A DNA stretch of 63,313 nucleotides, counting the filler, from Dirinaria sp. TL-2023a (taxonomy: Eukaryota): the NCBI GenBank assembly GCA_051941275.1. It is 37 parts of 37 records of this genome, joined end to end, with 100 filler letters (N's around TTAATTAATTAA, not from the genome) between each part and the next. Parts side by side here need not be neighbours in the genome. Positions count along the whole stretch, not along the records: positions 38,007 to 39,615 come from JAVEBF010002622.1; positions 39,716 to 41,322 come from JAVEBF010002623.1; positions 41,423 to 43,025 come from JAVEBF010002624.1; positions 43,126 to 44,725 come from JAVEBF010002625.1; positions 44,826 to 46,425 come from JAVEBF010002626.1; positions 46,526 to 48,124 come from JAVEBF010002627.1; positions 48,225 to 49,823 come from JAVEBF010002628.1; positions 49,924 to 51,513 come from JAVEBF010002629.1; 29 more parts are not named here. One strand, given 5' to 3'. Every line of letters begins with the position of its first letter. Positions within the stretch are counted from its first letter, which is position 1. The notes under the pieces are model-generated. The model did no database searches, had not been told where the DNA came from, and saw only the letters and a list, made by a program, of their open reading frames with translations. The translations under genes were made by a program, and so were the position numbers. This document shows positions 38,103-51,800 of this stretch, in pieces.

Positions 38103-38257
38103 GTGCCGTCGTAGAGAGCATCCATGAGACTGTCTTCGTCATCGACCATCTTTTGCAGCTCGTCTGGGAGTTTCTCGCGCGGGGGCAGTGGGGCGTCTTC
38201 TGAGGGTGGAGGACGCCGCTGGATGGCGTTGTTGCTGGAGTCATTGGGTCGAGACAT
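38103..38257 (-). CDS. First exon of a probable MTFP1/MTP18 mitochondrial fission protein
   Basis: MSRPNDS..PLPPREKLPDELQKMVDDEDSLMDALYDG then a GTACGT donor; resembles the fungal MTFP1 N-terminus, but the conserved domain lies beyond the contig. Confidence 0.5.
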
Positions 38258-38527
38258 CTTGATCTATTTGTTTAAATACCTTCACGAAGAAAGAGTTGAG
38301 CAATGGCTTGTTCCTTGTTCATGCCATTGTGGACAATGTGGTTCACCGGCTCGTGACTTGAAGATGGGAGAGCGCAAGAATGACGGAATTGTTCGTAGAG
38401 GACTGGTCCTGCACGGAATGTGTAGCATTTCCTTCACCACCTCCGAAATAGAGCTACCTCCTCTACCTATCACTACCACTACTAACTTACCAATTCACCC
38501 CTGCAACTCCTTCCCCTTACACCAATC

Positions 38528-38934
38528 ATGGTCGCCACATACACCATCTTCGGGCGAGAAGTCGGTTCTCACATCGTGCGTCTCCGTCCATCCTAGCCTT
38601 TCCTTCCTCGCCTCATCTCCGCTAATATCCACCTCACATAGCTCTCAATGGCAACCCTCGGCACCTTCTTCGGCGGGATTGCGCTCTTCCGAGCGACACG
38701 CTCGCCTTCAGTACAAGCAGCCCGCGGTAACTCGCCCCCAATCAACGCCCAGACTGAAGATGAGGAGGCGTTTATTCAGTATGCGTTCTCCTTCTGGTTA
38801 TATTTGGGAAATTGGAAGAGGGAAAGGGGGGATGAGATAAGATTTTGCTGATTTCGGGATTCTTACATAGGGAGTTTTTGAAGAATGCGCAGGCAGAGGA
38901 AGGGGGGAAGGAGAAGGAAAAGGCGAAGGGATGA
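38528..38934 (+). CDS. ATP19: Mitochondrial ATP synthase subunit k, three exons
   Basis: Spliced MVATYTIFGREVGSHI/LSMATLGTFFGG..PPINAQTEDEEAFIQ/EFLKNAQAEEGGKEKEKAKG*; both introns GT..AG. Confidence 0.9.
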
Positions 38935-39387
38935 AAATCTGGAGGGATCAGGCACTGGGGATGGGTGGATGGAAAAGGTTATTAAGGATGGTTGGAGATT
39001 CTTTGGCAGGCTGTGAGGCCGTTTAGATGTAAGGAATTAAGGAATGGGCCACGGGTTGCTGTCTCATGCGCAGACTATAGCTCTTGCTATCGAGTGGACT
39101 AAGGGAACTGTCTGGATACTCTATATGCATTTAGGCCCGGAACATGCGTCAATCTGGCTTACAATTTGCGCTCACAACTCAGACTATTGAGCGCCCATGG
39201 AAATTCTAGTCAATCTATTATTTAACCCTATTATCTAGACTACCTCTATGTGTGCAATGTCTATATCTGTAGGTCAGCTTCTACAACACTTGATACTCTG
39301 TAGGTAGATCCCATCGCCGAAAATATCTTATGCAATCTACTGCCACCTTGCATCATGCTCAATGCAGCACACTCATCTATGAAGATT

Positions 39388-39615
39388 TCAAGACGTTTCG
39401 CAGCGGCTCATCATCGTCCTCCTCAACCGTCCATTAATCACACCGCCAACCCCGAAGGCAGGCACGATCCTGGCCATGCGAGCAAGACTACTCCCAAGCC
39501 AGTCCCTACCCACGCGCCCTAGTCGCTGACTCCAACTCATGCCGGATCGGTTGTAGAGATCCAACCCCCACAAATGCAGAGGTGTGCTGAGTAACTGTAT
39601 ACCAGCCGGTGCAAG
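39388..39615 (-). CDS. 3' end of a conserved uncharacterised fungal membrane protein
   Basis: APAGIQLLSTPLHLWGLDLYNR..LARMARIVPAFGVGGVIN..RR motif. Confidence 0.7.
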   Translation of the reverse strand, partial: LAPAGIQLLSTPLHLWGLDLYNRSGMSWSQRLGRVGRDWLGSSLARMARIVPAFGVGGVINGRLRRTMMSRCETS

Positions 39616-39977
39616 NNNNNNNNNNNNNNNNNNNNNNNNNNNNNNNNNNNNNNNNNNNNTTAATTAATTAANNNNNNNNNNNNNNNNNNNNNNNNNNNNN
39701 NNNNNNNNNNNNNNNGGGGTAGGGGAGATTTCGGCTTTGGATATAATGTACCTTAAGGTAGTCTACTGGTGTGCAAAAAAAAAAAGCTCTATTATTCTGA
39801 ATGAATGGGGTTTCATCATTCTATTCTCGATCTAAGTAGGCATAGGTATCATGCCCAGAAACGACACCTCTCGAAAAAACAGAGAGAACAAAAAGGAAAA
39901 GACCTACCCCAGTTCCGAGCCCAAACAAACAGAGAAAAAAAAGAAAAAAAAAAAAACCCCCCCTAACATCGATATCT

Positions 39978-41322
39978 TCACACACTCGTACCCCCGATAA
40001 GCCTCTCGACTTCACCATGCAACGCGGCCGGATCCTCGAAAACGGTCCACACCTCCGGAGGAACGTGTCGAAAGGCCTTCTCGAAGCGCTCGGGCTGGTT
40101 TTTCGCGCTCTGGGCATCCAGGCCTTCGACGTCGGTGACTTTGCGGATGAAGATCTTCTGGATCCAGCCGTTGCCGAAACGGCGGTACATGTCCTGTATG
40201 AAATTTTGTTTTGATTAGCAACTCGACTTCCCAAGTGTGTTCAGAGTTGATCTGCGACTTTGCTCCTCAATTCTATCGTAAGACTGTCATGGCTAAAACT
40301 CACCCACTGCTCGTGATTGGAAGGGGGTTGTTGGGTTTGGGGAAATTTGAAAAAAAAATTTTTTTTTGCTTACCCCGTACGCTTCGGGATCACTTTGCGT
40401 CGAGTCACCCACACAGAGGACCTTCCGCTTCGGCAGCATGCCGTGCAGCTTCTGGATGCGACTGCTCTTGTACGCCTCCGTGCCTTGCGTCAGTGAAGCC
40501 AAGAAGCCGCCCATGTCTTGCCAAGAGGCTTCGCGCAGCATGATGGGGCCCGGTGGGTAATGAGCGTGGATGAAGGGATTTAGAAAAGGGTGGAGGTTGT
40601 AGGGAGAGGCAGAAAGGTAGAACCTGTTGTGGGAGAAAAGGGTTAGCAGGGGATTGGTGGATCAACAGTGGTGAAGATATTAGTAGGCAAGACAGGCGGT
40701 GAAGGTTTGGGATGGGGTGTCTGACCAGGTAGGAGAGAGCAGGGAATTGATATGTGCATATAGTTCCGGCATGCCAGCGATGGGCGTGGGATTCGAGACA
40801 AAAGTCGAGCGGAGGATGCCAATCGGAGAAGGGGTCATGGTAATCTTGATAGAGTCGTCGATGTCTGTTATTCTGTCATAAGCCAGCTGCCACGACTTCT
40901 CTTCGCGGGTTTTGTCCCAAAGCAAAAGCTGGTCGGTAGAAGTATACGCACCGGAAATCACCATCCACCCCTCCGGTTCTGCAAACCTAGTCGTCATAGC
41001 CCCATGCGGCGCCGCTTCCGTCGGGATCGCTTCCACCGTAATGCTATCTCCATCTTCATGCTCGCCGAGATCATCAATGATAGTTTCGCTGACTGCACTC
41101 CTACCCCCCGGCCCAACCCTCCTCGAGCGCAAATCTGCCGGAAATCTCAAATCTACACTCCTCGCCGGCGCAATCGTTATAATGAACATCTGTAGTCGTT
41201 CGGAGATCGTCTTCTCTGCCTCCTTCCTCTGCGCTTCTTTACCTGTACCCCCAAGTCCAAGCTTATCTGCAATGTTGGCCACGGCATCGCTGACATCCTT
41301 GCCCGTATTCTTTTGGAAATAC
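39978..41322 (-). CDS. App1-like phosphatidate phosphatase (DUF2183), multi-exon, 5'-truncated
   Basis: GWMVIS/DIDDSIKIT catalytic motif, PIAGMPELY, YPPGPIMLR, LCVGDSTQSDPEAYG, IFIRKV. Confidence 0.88.
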
Positions 41323-41422
41323 NNNNNNNNNNNNNNNNNNNNNNNNNNNNNNNNNNNNNNNNNNNNTTAATTAATTAANNNNNNNNNNNNNNNNNNNNNN
41401 NNNNNNNNNNNNNNNNNNNNNN

Positions 41423-42244
41423 AGATTGAGGTCTTCGGGAGCGACACTTTGACAAGCTCGAGTATTCGCCCAAGATTCGTAGTAACCAATGTTGCGCCGA
41501 GAGACACTTGATCCTCCTCCACAGGAAGGACGGTTGACGGAGCCGCACCCGCCGTACTTGGTGCTGCACTGGCCATAATTTGAATCGCCAGTATTTTTCC
41601 AAGTGCAGAATTCTGATGTTGATCCACAGAAGCCAAATTCTGAGCAGCAGACGTTCAATGGACACTTTTCTTTTCCAGCGGCCGCATAAGGTCCGCACTC
41701 AGCCTTGGCATTGCCTGTCAGGTCCGTCAGTCAACACAGCGCCAGAAAGCATTCGAACCGACGCGAAAGCTTCATGAATGAGATGCCAATCACAGTTCAC
41801 AGCCAATGAATCGAATTAGGAAGCAACTTTGGGACCGACGCTGCTCGGCCTAAGCCTTCTCTGCTGCAAGTGGTCTTTGATATAGTACAATGAAGACCAT
41901 GAGCGGCAAAACCCAAGAGACCCTTCAGATTTGCCTTGCAGTAGTAAACAAGATGGAATGTCTCACTTACAGTTGGAACGACAGCCAGAACCACACGATT
42001 TTGGCGAATAGCCGCAGAGATTGTCTTCGCCGCAACAAGCGCCGTTCACGCAAGGAGTGTTGGCATTACAAGTGCCCGTCGGTAGATCTCGTCCTTGAAG
42101 TTCAAACGCTCTATTCCCATATGGTGTGAGAGCATTTGAATCTTCTTCGGGAATCCTTGGCTCAAATGAGCGTGATACAACAGGGTATGAGAGGAGAAGT
42201 GCAGCCAAGAACCAGGAAATCAACGATGACTTCGGAGAGTACAT
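41423..42244 (-). CDS. GH18 subgroup C (killer-toxin-like) chitinase with CBM18 chitin-binding modules, 5' part
   Basis: Signal peptide; GTCNANTPCVNGACC..CGYSPKSC..C..NC-(intron)-AKAECGPYA..CPLNVCCSEFGFCGSTSEFC; GH18 start RNIGYYESWA. Confidence 0.9.
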
Positions 42245-44917
42245 AATGAGAGGTGGTGGACCACGACGTATTTGCCAAAAACGTCTTTAACGAAGACGAA
42301 ACAAAGAGAAGGGTAAGTCAGTGACGAAGTAGAGGTCTGCAAAGATGCCTGGTTGCAAGGCGAAAGGGACTAGCCCCTAACGGGACGCCGCTGGATGCTG
42401 CACAGAGCCTGGCGAGCCTGACAGGCCTGGCTATGGATCTGCGCATCCTGCCGGATCCCCGAAGAATCGTGGACTCGCGGTGAGGCTCAGGCATTATTAG
42501 AGTAAAGTAGGTAAAGTATGTCAGGTCATGTATGTAAGGCAAGGTAGGTATGTATCAAGCTCTTGAAGAGTGTGTGCGCTTGCACAAGAACGTCACTGCT
42601 GATCCCTCGGGCCAATCAGTGAATGATGGCTTGGCGGCTCGGGAAAAGAAAGGCTTGATTAAGGAAATGCTCTCCCTTCGGCCATACTCCCTGTTCCAGC
42701 GTATTGCAGGGCCTTCATGCGGCTCGGAAATCAATCATGTATTGCAGCTCACATGCATCCTCCGCCTCACAGCTACGCCCAGGATGTAAGGTAGGATCGA
42801 GAGCTGTTTCCGTCTTCTCCTGTGTTCCATCGTCAGTAGCCATCGCCGGAGCCCTGAGACCTCTTCATCCCAATGTCTGTCTTGACTTGAAGAAGCTCCT
42901 TACCACACCAAAGACCAATTGCTGCAGGACATGCATGCTTGCAATCGAGCAAAAATGCAGAGGCATTGGGGAAGCTTCTTGATCCTAACTATTGCGGGAT
43001 GTATCAATGCACAATTCAACCTGTANNNNNNNNNNNNNNNNNNNNNNNNNNNNNNNNNNNNNNNNNNNNTTAATTAATTAANNNNNNNNNNNNNNNNNNN
43101 NNNNNNNNNNNNNNNNNNNNNNNNNGGTGTAGAGGTGCAAGGGTGGCGCGTTCTGATTGGCTAGGTATAGTATGACTATTGGCCGCATAGCTAGTCTTGA
43201 TAGGACGGGCTGCGAGCGCCTAATGAATTAATCAATCAATCAATCTTCAGCGAACATTCGAACACACAACCAAGAGATGGAACATGAGAACACCCATTCA
43301 TTCGTCTACTCTATCCCCATCCCCATCCATATCCAGCGGCAATTCGATGAGCAAAGAGTAGGTTCTTTCAGGAATTGTCTGCTCGCTCTCGGCTAAGCTT
43401 ACCAAAAAACTCGTCTCGTCAAATGTATGCACATGGAAACACAGGTGTGTGGAGCGGTAGACAATGTCATTGGTCCCGAATAAGTTTCCTTGCAGCAGAT
43501 ACCTGCATCATACCCAAAGTGTACCAGGCTTTCGTCCTCTCACAGAGCGAACACCAACCTCAGAACCTCGGCCCACGGAACTTGAAAGAACGAAATTAAA
43601 GCTTTCGCCCATACTGCTTGCTTCATATTGCAAATACGTGGAGCTAGCCTTTGTCGGAAATGGCTCCGCTGCGTTCTTATTTTGCGCCATTTGTTTGTTT
43701 TTCTTGCAGACCCCCGTCTCTTCGCTCTTCCGTTTTCCTTGCGCAGGAACTGTGCTACCACAGTCCAACGGTTGGCATAACACACTAGAACTGTGTCTTT
43801 TCAGTGTCTTGATTTCGTCCAATTCTCGCAGGCACGTGGCGTTCTCGCCTAGTACGAAACTGCTCGTCATCCTAACACTTCTGCCGCCTTTCTTCACTTG
43901 TGATCAGCTTCATTTTGGCGACTAGCGGCGAAGTGGAGCACAAATGCTCGGCCTGATCGCTATCTGCTATTACATACGTGAAAACTTTTTCTAGCGGCAA
44001 TTTCGAGCGACACTTGATCCGAAATCTGAACTAATGGTAGTGGCACACATCCTTGTGAATCAGTACATACGGGCACTTAAAATTTCGAGCGTCACTGAGA
44101 ATTCTCCTTAATCAAGCTCGCAGTGTGATTTCAATCGATCTCACTAATGCGTTTTCGATTTCGTCTACTTCCACTGCTCTTGCGCTTTCTCAAGGCCCCG
44201 CAGTACTACTGTTACAAAAAGGTACTCCGAAATAACAATTTTGACACCTTTTGCCTGTTGGGTGGCATCAGACTCTGGGCAGTTTGGCCGCGACAACACC
44301 CTGTGGAGCGTGGAGCTTCACTTCGTCTTCGGAGAGCCCCAGCTGGGCACGTATTCACGAGGGATCTGCGAATATTGTTGGCTTTCGACTAAGAGATGAT
44401 GCAGGATGCAGTGACCTATGGTGGTCGAGAGAATACTACGAAGATCTATGGCGAAGAGCACAAAATCGTCTGAAATTGAGTACTTTCACATGATGACACT
44501 GTTTAATACGAAAACGAAAAGGACGATCGCCGTTAATGTGCCTTCCTAATTGCTTATTATAGGTCACAATCTGATGTTTCTCCTGATAGAAAAAACAATG
44601 ATCTTCTTCTAATCCCTTTAGGAGGCCAAAAAGAATCGACTGGGATAATTGAGAAAGTAAGTACTATTGATGTTTTTTAACTGAGATTGAGAGGAAGCTG
44701 AGCAAGACATAGATAAGTCTTGCCGNNNNNNNNNNNNNNNNNNNNNNNNNNNNNNNNNNNNNNNNNNNNTTAATTAATTAANNNNNNNNNNNNNNNNNNN
44801 NNNNNNNNNNNNNNNNNNNNNNNNNGGGTGGTGTGAGAAGTGGGTTGGTCACCAAGGTGCAAAGTTCATGTACCTTAGGTAGAAGCAGGATGCATTGTAA
44901 AGGAGTAGATGCTCCAG

Positions 44918-45849
44918 CTAACTACATGTAAATACCACTTTGCTTACTACATAACTAGCTGACGCAACCATGGTGGAAGATCTCGCACCTTCCACAACAT
45001 CTCCATTAACATACATGTACATAAAAGAATCCCCCCTGCGCCATCCCCTATCTTCAATTGAGCTAACGCCTCTTCGATGTCCAGCTCTGACCAAATAATC
45101 TTCTGCAAACCCTTGGTCACGTAATAACTTCCCGGCTTCCTCCATGATTGCATATCCTTTTGTATATGTCTCGCTGACCCCGTCCATATGCCATTCTTCT
45201 CGCAAGTAGTTCATGATTTCCTCTCAGCCTCCCCAATGCTCCCTTCAGCCCCAGTCCTCGTATAACTTAGTTGTCTTAGTCAAGGCGAGGCGGACGTCAT
45301 CGATCTCTTCCTTGATCCGTTTGAGAGGTGGAGGGGGGATATAGTCTCTCTCGTCTTCAACCAGAATAGGCCTCTTTAAAATGGCCAGGTAGCCACCACG
45401 GTTGCTTCTAGCATACTTGGGACCACGGCAGTAGATGCGGGTAAGAAGTTGGATTCCATAGGTAGAGGTATATGCGTTGGCGACTGTTCTCGGGTTCGCG
45501 GTGACGGCGAGTTGAATAGTTTCAGGGGCGACTCAGACTGCGGTAGATCTTTAGACCTCGATCTAAGCGTAAGTGATTCTCCACTTGGATTGGGTGACGG
45601 CGATTTCAATGACCTCGGAACTAGCGAAACTAAAGATAAGGTAGGTAATGGCTAGTCCTCTGCCATTGATGGTTCTTTTTGCTGTGTATGCATAGGGGAG
45701 TTTTGAGCAGCCGGGGTACTCGGACCGGAGCCGATTTCTATTGATTCATTCGACCGCGGTACTCGGGCCTTAGTCGACGCGGGGGGAAGCATTAGTCGAG
45801 CGTTCTCGTCCGAATCTATAGGCGTGGTTTCCGTTTGAACCGTGGTCAT
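44918..45849 (-). pseudogene. Probable disrupted hypothetical gene (Ser/Pro-rich N-terminus)
   Basis: ORF-track segments 45652-46002, 45376-45609 and 44918-45214 look like one gene broken by an in-frame TAG at 45652 and a frameshift near 45380. Confidence 0.35.
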
Positions 45850-48800
45850 TTGAGTAGGCGCCGGGTTTGGGGGCTGTAGGGATGGATATGCATTTGTTGG
45901 TGATGAAGGAGTACTAGCTGGCTTGAAGGGTGTGTGTTTAGCGGGCGCCAAAAAACAAGGGGAAAAAAAGAAAAAGAAAAAGTTTCTTAATCCACATTCC
46001 ACATCACAATCATCCCGCTTTAATTTAGTTTACTTGGACGTACGTACCAATTCCCTCCAAAAGAAAAAAGAAAGAAAGAAAGAAAGAGAGAGAGAAAAAC
46101 CCCCCGGAGGAGGACTGATTAACACACGCATGAAAATAAAAAGGGCAATTTACTAACAAATAGAAAATGGAAATGGGGAGAGGGTTAAGGTTGGGTGGGA
46201 TGATTTAAGGATATTTTATTTGATCGATTTGATGAATTGATTTTGCTTGCTTGCTTGAGATAGATTATATATGCTGAAGGTAATGATTGGTGAAGGCTTT
46301 TTTTGGATTCTTGCATACAGAGGAGAGGGGCGAGAAAATAGGAAGGAAACTAAAGTGTTTAAAATTTGATGCCATTCTCAGAGAACAGTAAGTGGGTTTT
46401 GGATTTTGCTTTGCTGGTTTAGGGTNNNNNNNNNNNNNNNNNNNNNNNNNNNNNNNNNNNNNNNNNNNNTTAATTAATTAANNNNNNNNNNNNNNNNNNN
46501 NNNNNNNNNNNNNNNNNNNNNNNNNGGTTTGATTCGGTGGGAAAGGGAGAGAGAATGGGTTTTTATTGTCTGTTGGTCGGGGATTTTGGGGTTTCATTTT
46601 GGAAATTTTGAAACTTTTCTTAGGGAGCGGTTTGTTGTCCAGTGCTCTCTCTAATCCGACGATAGAATCACATTCACAAACTTTTTTTCTTGACATATTT
46701 TTAAGACCGATCTTTATGACATGGAATAAAGTCAATAAGACTTCAATCTTTGATGCCAATGATGTCGTATCTAGTGACCGAAGAGTATTACCAAAAATCT
46801 ACCTCTTTTTAATAATCTCTAGAAAATATATATACATCAATAGATGTAGACATCCGATTTCCTCATTCGATTGTCATATTGACAAGCCATGAAAAAAGCC
46901 TTCCGGAAAATCTTGAAAAGGAAAAACTACGGAGAAGTTGACTAAAGCGTAAACGTAACAGAAGCATTTATGAGCTTGAGAGGTAGTGAGTTTCCGATGC
47001 GGGTTTTTGGCGAGGGGTCAGGGTGGGTATGAATTTTTAGAGGAGAGTGATGCGGGATCTGAGTGGTGGAAGAGGGCAGGGTATAGAGAATATGCGATAC
47101 AGGGGAAGTTTTTGTAAGTGGGGGGTTTGTTCGGTGCGTGTTTAAGAAGGTGATATGTTTGAAATTTGTTGCGATTATGTAAATGTGCTATCGAGTGGTG
47201 TGGGGGGAAAGGTAGAAATAGAGAGAGAGAATCTTGTATTGAGATTGAACTTTACTAGACCTCAATTCTGATTATCGAAGAGGTTTGATAGGTTTTTTGC
47301 TGAGCGTATGCGCTCTGATTCGCTGATGTGATTAGATTGGAACGTCGCTCTTAGTTTTTTATAGCAAGTGTAGATAGGATGACGTCGAGCTGATGAGATC
47401 CAGTTTGTGTAGATGATAAAGTATCGTAGGAAAGGAGTTAGGTATGGGAGACTTCTTTTTCTTATTTTTGGTTAGGTTAGAAGTCTGTGATAAGTAATCT
47501 AGTGATACTTTTGCTGCCAGAGGTCATGATCCTGGGAATTTACTTTGGTTGAGAAGGTACGCTGGTTGGAGGTCGTGTTCGACTACTTTTGCGGGGGTAT
47601 GTTTGGTTATTAAATCAAGAAGGCGCGGTGTTTCTAGGATAGCTGTATCCACTCAAAAGGCGTCAATAATACGGCTTTGCAGATACCGCGCGTACCTCAA
47701 GGTACTTGGTTTAATCTTGGTTTAATAGTCTGGCAAACCTTCGCTTGTATATGTAGGTAAGATTGCCTATGGACTGATGCAAGGTTGGACTGGAAGATTA
47801 CTTCCTGCTTCGACAGCGTGGCGCTTTTGGTCTTGCATGTTAGCCATTTTCATGAACCCAGTGAATTTTGTGAAAGGACACAGTTATTGTATGGTTGACA
47901 GTGTATGAATTATCATTGTCTAGCCTTCAGCACTAATCAAAGCACGGATCGGATAAGATCTGCGAGACTTAGAGAGATGAAGCTAAAGCACTTGATCTAG
48001 ACTCCGTGCTCGTCGTTCTGGGACTTCTCAAAGCCTCACCGCCTAACCATCCAATGTGAAAAGGAGGTTGTAACTGAAGAAGGAAGTGAACATCGTTATG
48101 GACTCGATTTCGCGGCCTCCCAGGNNNNNNNNNNNNNNNNNNNNNNNNNNNNNNNNNNNNNNNNNNNNTTAATTAATTAANNNNNNNNNNNNNNNNNNNN
48201 NNNNNNNNNNNNNNNNNNNNNNNNGATTCTTTCTTTTAGCACGATGGCATAGCATAGCATAGCTTAGCTTTCCCTCTGTCTGTATACATACTCAAGCAAG
48301 CAAGGCAAGGCAAGCAAGAAGTTTTCTCTCTTTCCTCCTTACTTGAAACTCCTCCATCCGCTCGCTCGCTCCTTTTAAATCTTCGACCCTGCTTCTCTGA
48401 CGAGATACAGGTTCCACGGTTTCACGCTTTCACAGCGGCAGAGTCGTGGGGAGGCGGTCTATCGTGATGTCGTCAGTCCGTCAAGGTGTTTTTTTGGTTT
48501 GTAAGTAGTAGAGGGAAGAGTGAGGGGGTTTTAAAGTGGTGGACAGGATGTGTGGGATGATGAAGGAAACATAACCTGTTTAGTACTTACTCAGCGCAGG
48601 AGTATTAAGGTATGATATATCCGGATGAATTTTAAACCTTCTCCAAAGCCGCAGAGACAAGCTGCGCGCAATGGTGAAGGAAATAAAACAAATACGTACC
48701 TCGGACCAGAGAAGCTCTTGCCAAAAAAAGAAAACCAAAGAAGGAAACCAAAGCAGAAAAAAAAAGCAGAAAAAGGGAAAAAGGGGGAAGGCACATACCT

Positions 48801-51800
48801 CAACAACCGGACAGAGATTATACTGACGCGTCCTTGTTACCCAGTATAGAAAAGCAGTTTTGAGGTAGCTACCACCATCGGGTTCCGGATCGCCGTAGAG
48901 AAAACCGGGTACCCGTGAGAACACTTCTTTGCGGGCAGTATCTCGCCCTCAGGTCATACTAGAATATCTTCTGCATGGAGCCTGTATAGGGGCCAGCTTC
49001 GAGACGCAATTTTTTTCCCAGACCCAGACCCAGGACCCTATATGTGTTTGCGCCCACGCCCACCATTCAAACCCCCAGAAGCCAAACAAGAATTGGGGTG
49101 GGGTAGCTGAGGGTACGCCCACTGACCTACCGGTATCATGGGTTAACCCGTCAGAACCCACAATCCCCCTATAGATATAAAAAAGGATGTTGAATCCCTA
49201 GCCCCAGCCAGCCAGCAACAGAACAGAACAAGTGTGGCGCCCCACTTTCTTCTGGTTTATTGATCCCTCAGATTAGACAGACGGCGGGTGCAAAACACGG
49301 GCGGTGGTGTGGGAAAAAGACGTCCCCACGCAACTGGCAATCGCGTGATGTGAAATTTGTATGTAGGTAGCACATGGACCTCCGGACTCTGATGGGTCGC
49401 CCTTCGGGCCCGCTCGTGGTTAGTAGCCGGACTTTACTTAGCGAGAGCGCCCTTCGACTCACTGTTGCAGGGACATGTTAGTTTTTGGCGTGGGGAGTGG
49501 ATGGGATGAGGAAGGAAGAAAGAAAGGGGGGGCGGTGGAGGACTTACGATCTGCATTTAATCTTTCCGAAAATTTCCGCCACAGGCGTGTACCTACGTAC
49601 GAAACGTGGCATTGAACTCCGTGGACAGGAAAAGAACGCGGCCGATGAGAACCACCGGCGCGACGCACCGACAGAATCCGACCTTAACACTGCGGGTCTA
49701 CAATGAGGGCCAATACTTGGCTAAGTCAGAACTACCGTGGCAGGTAGTGGGTACGGATTCCTGCAGATGTGCTGCACGAGGGTATTAGTCAAACTGATGC
49801 ATGGCAAATAGGGGGCAAGAAGGNNNNNNNNNNNNNNNNNNNNNNNNNNNNNNNNNNNNNNNNNNNNTTAATTAATTAANNNNNNNNNNNNNNNNNNNNN
49901 NNNNNNNNNNNNNNNNNNNNNNNCAAGCGCAGGCAGGCAGGCAGCGAGATGGCAAGTGACCGAGCAGCGTCGTCACTGGTCTTTAACAAGCAAGGCCACG
50001 AGTCGCTATCATCCCAACGCTAATGAGAAGTAATATTCTCACCATGGCCCGGGGTTTATTAACTCGTTCGCCGTGGAGGAAGTGAAAAGGCTAGGCGTAA
50101 CGCTTTGCTTGATACTCTGGTGGGTGGAACTGCATGAAATAGTACTCATATGGTTCCTTGCTCGCATTCTGTGCAATGCACAAAAAATTTTTTTCTTTGG
50201 TTTTTTTTTTTCGGGGGTTTCGCAGTTCAATAGACAGATAGCCAGCTTTCTCTATCCTAGAGGGTTGGCCGTGTGAGAAAGAGATATCGTCTCCATAAAA
50301 CGTACATGTCCACAGGAGAGGAAAAAAAAAGTTCATCAGAAAAGATCGAGAGGATATGTTATTCACTATTTAAAACAAATCCTGCCTCAAAATACTTTTT
50401 AGTGAAGACCTGGGGGTGGTGGTGTGCCAGCCATGTTCACCCTTTGCTTTTCTTTTGTTTTCTTTGCTCATTTCCCCCCACCTCACTTCACAAGAAAGAG
50501 TAGGATCGGGAATATAATGCTTAGCCAGCGAAACTTCTCCAGAGTTGATGCATTCCAAACAGATTCAAAGATCACGAGAACCCTTCCAAAACCCCTCGAC
50601 TACTTTGTAATTACCACTACCAGAGAGGAAAGAAAAAACAAAAAACAAAAAAAAAAAGCAAAAACATCTCTTACCGAGTCCTCACATCAAATGTAATGGA
50701 CAAGTAATAAAATATCAAGCCCAGTATTCCCACTTCATCCCTTCACCAAATCTCCGATCTCGAAATGAATAAATTCTCATCCAGTGATAACAGCCACCTC
50801 CTCATTGTGATGATTTCCCCATTGAATCTCAAGCTTCATATCTGATTTCCTGCGGTGATGGAAGTTCTGATCTCTTAAGAAATAGTTTGTCCAAGCGCTA
50901 GCATGGCATTACCCCATCCCATTACGATATACTTATCTTTGTTGATTTCCCGTACCGCCAAAACTTGACCCGCGGTCTCCCCGTTAAGATTCCTCCCGCA
51001 CGTGACGATGATGGTGGCGGCGGGATGAACAAAGAGGAGCATTGTAACCCGAACCTGCTTTATTGATTTCTTCGATGAAAGAACAAGGTGAGGAGAGAAG
51101 GATTTGCACAATCCAACAATGGCTCTGTTTACGCACAAAGAAGATTCACCGTGGGAGAGGAATGGAGTGAAAGAAAGGGCATTGTGTAACCGAGTCACCA
51201 GAAAGGGGGGTTTCAGCCTACGCTTCCACTTGATTCGAGGTGGATACTTTACTTTCAGTTTCAGGGCCCTCGTGAAGAGCCGTTGTATGAAGGGATGGGG
51301 ATTTTTCTTTGATGAGGGGAAGTTTTTGTTTGAGGTTCTGTTCTTCATCGGTCTGGGACATGGACTATTAATACATCGTTCAGGAAGCCTGTTACATTCT
51401 TTTCTTCTTTTCTTCTTTTTTCCTTTTTCTCGTGTAGAAATCATTGCTCCTGTAAAAAATTATCTTACTTCATTGTATTTTCTTGGAAAAGAACCAAAAT
51501 CCCCACCAAAACCNNNNNNNNNNNNNNNNNNNNNNNNNNNNNNNNNNNNNNNNNNNNTTAATTAATTAANNNNNNNNNNNNNNNNNNNNNNNNNNNNNNN
51601 NNNNNNNNNNNNNAGGCAAATGCATCAGGTAGGGCAAAAGAAGTCTATTTACATGCGGACGCTAAGCCTAATATTGCATCTAGTGTCAGCACACCTAGCT
51701 AACATCTCTGGGCAGATGACACTTTCGCAGTAGTATTGTTGTTATGTGAAGCAATGATATTTGGAATCTTGCTTATGCCTAGCGTCTTGGCATGTTCATG

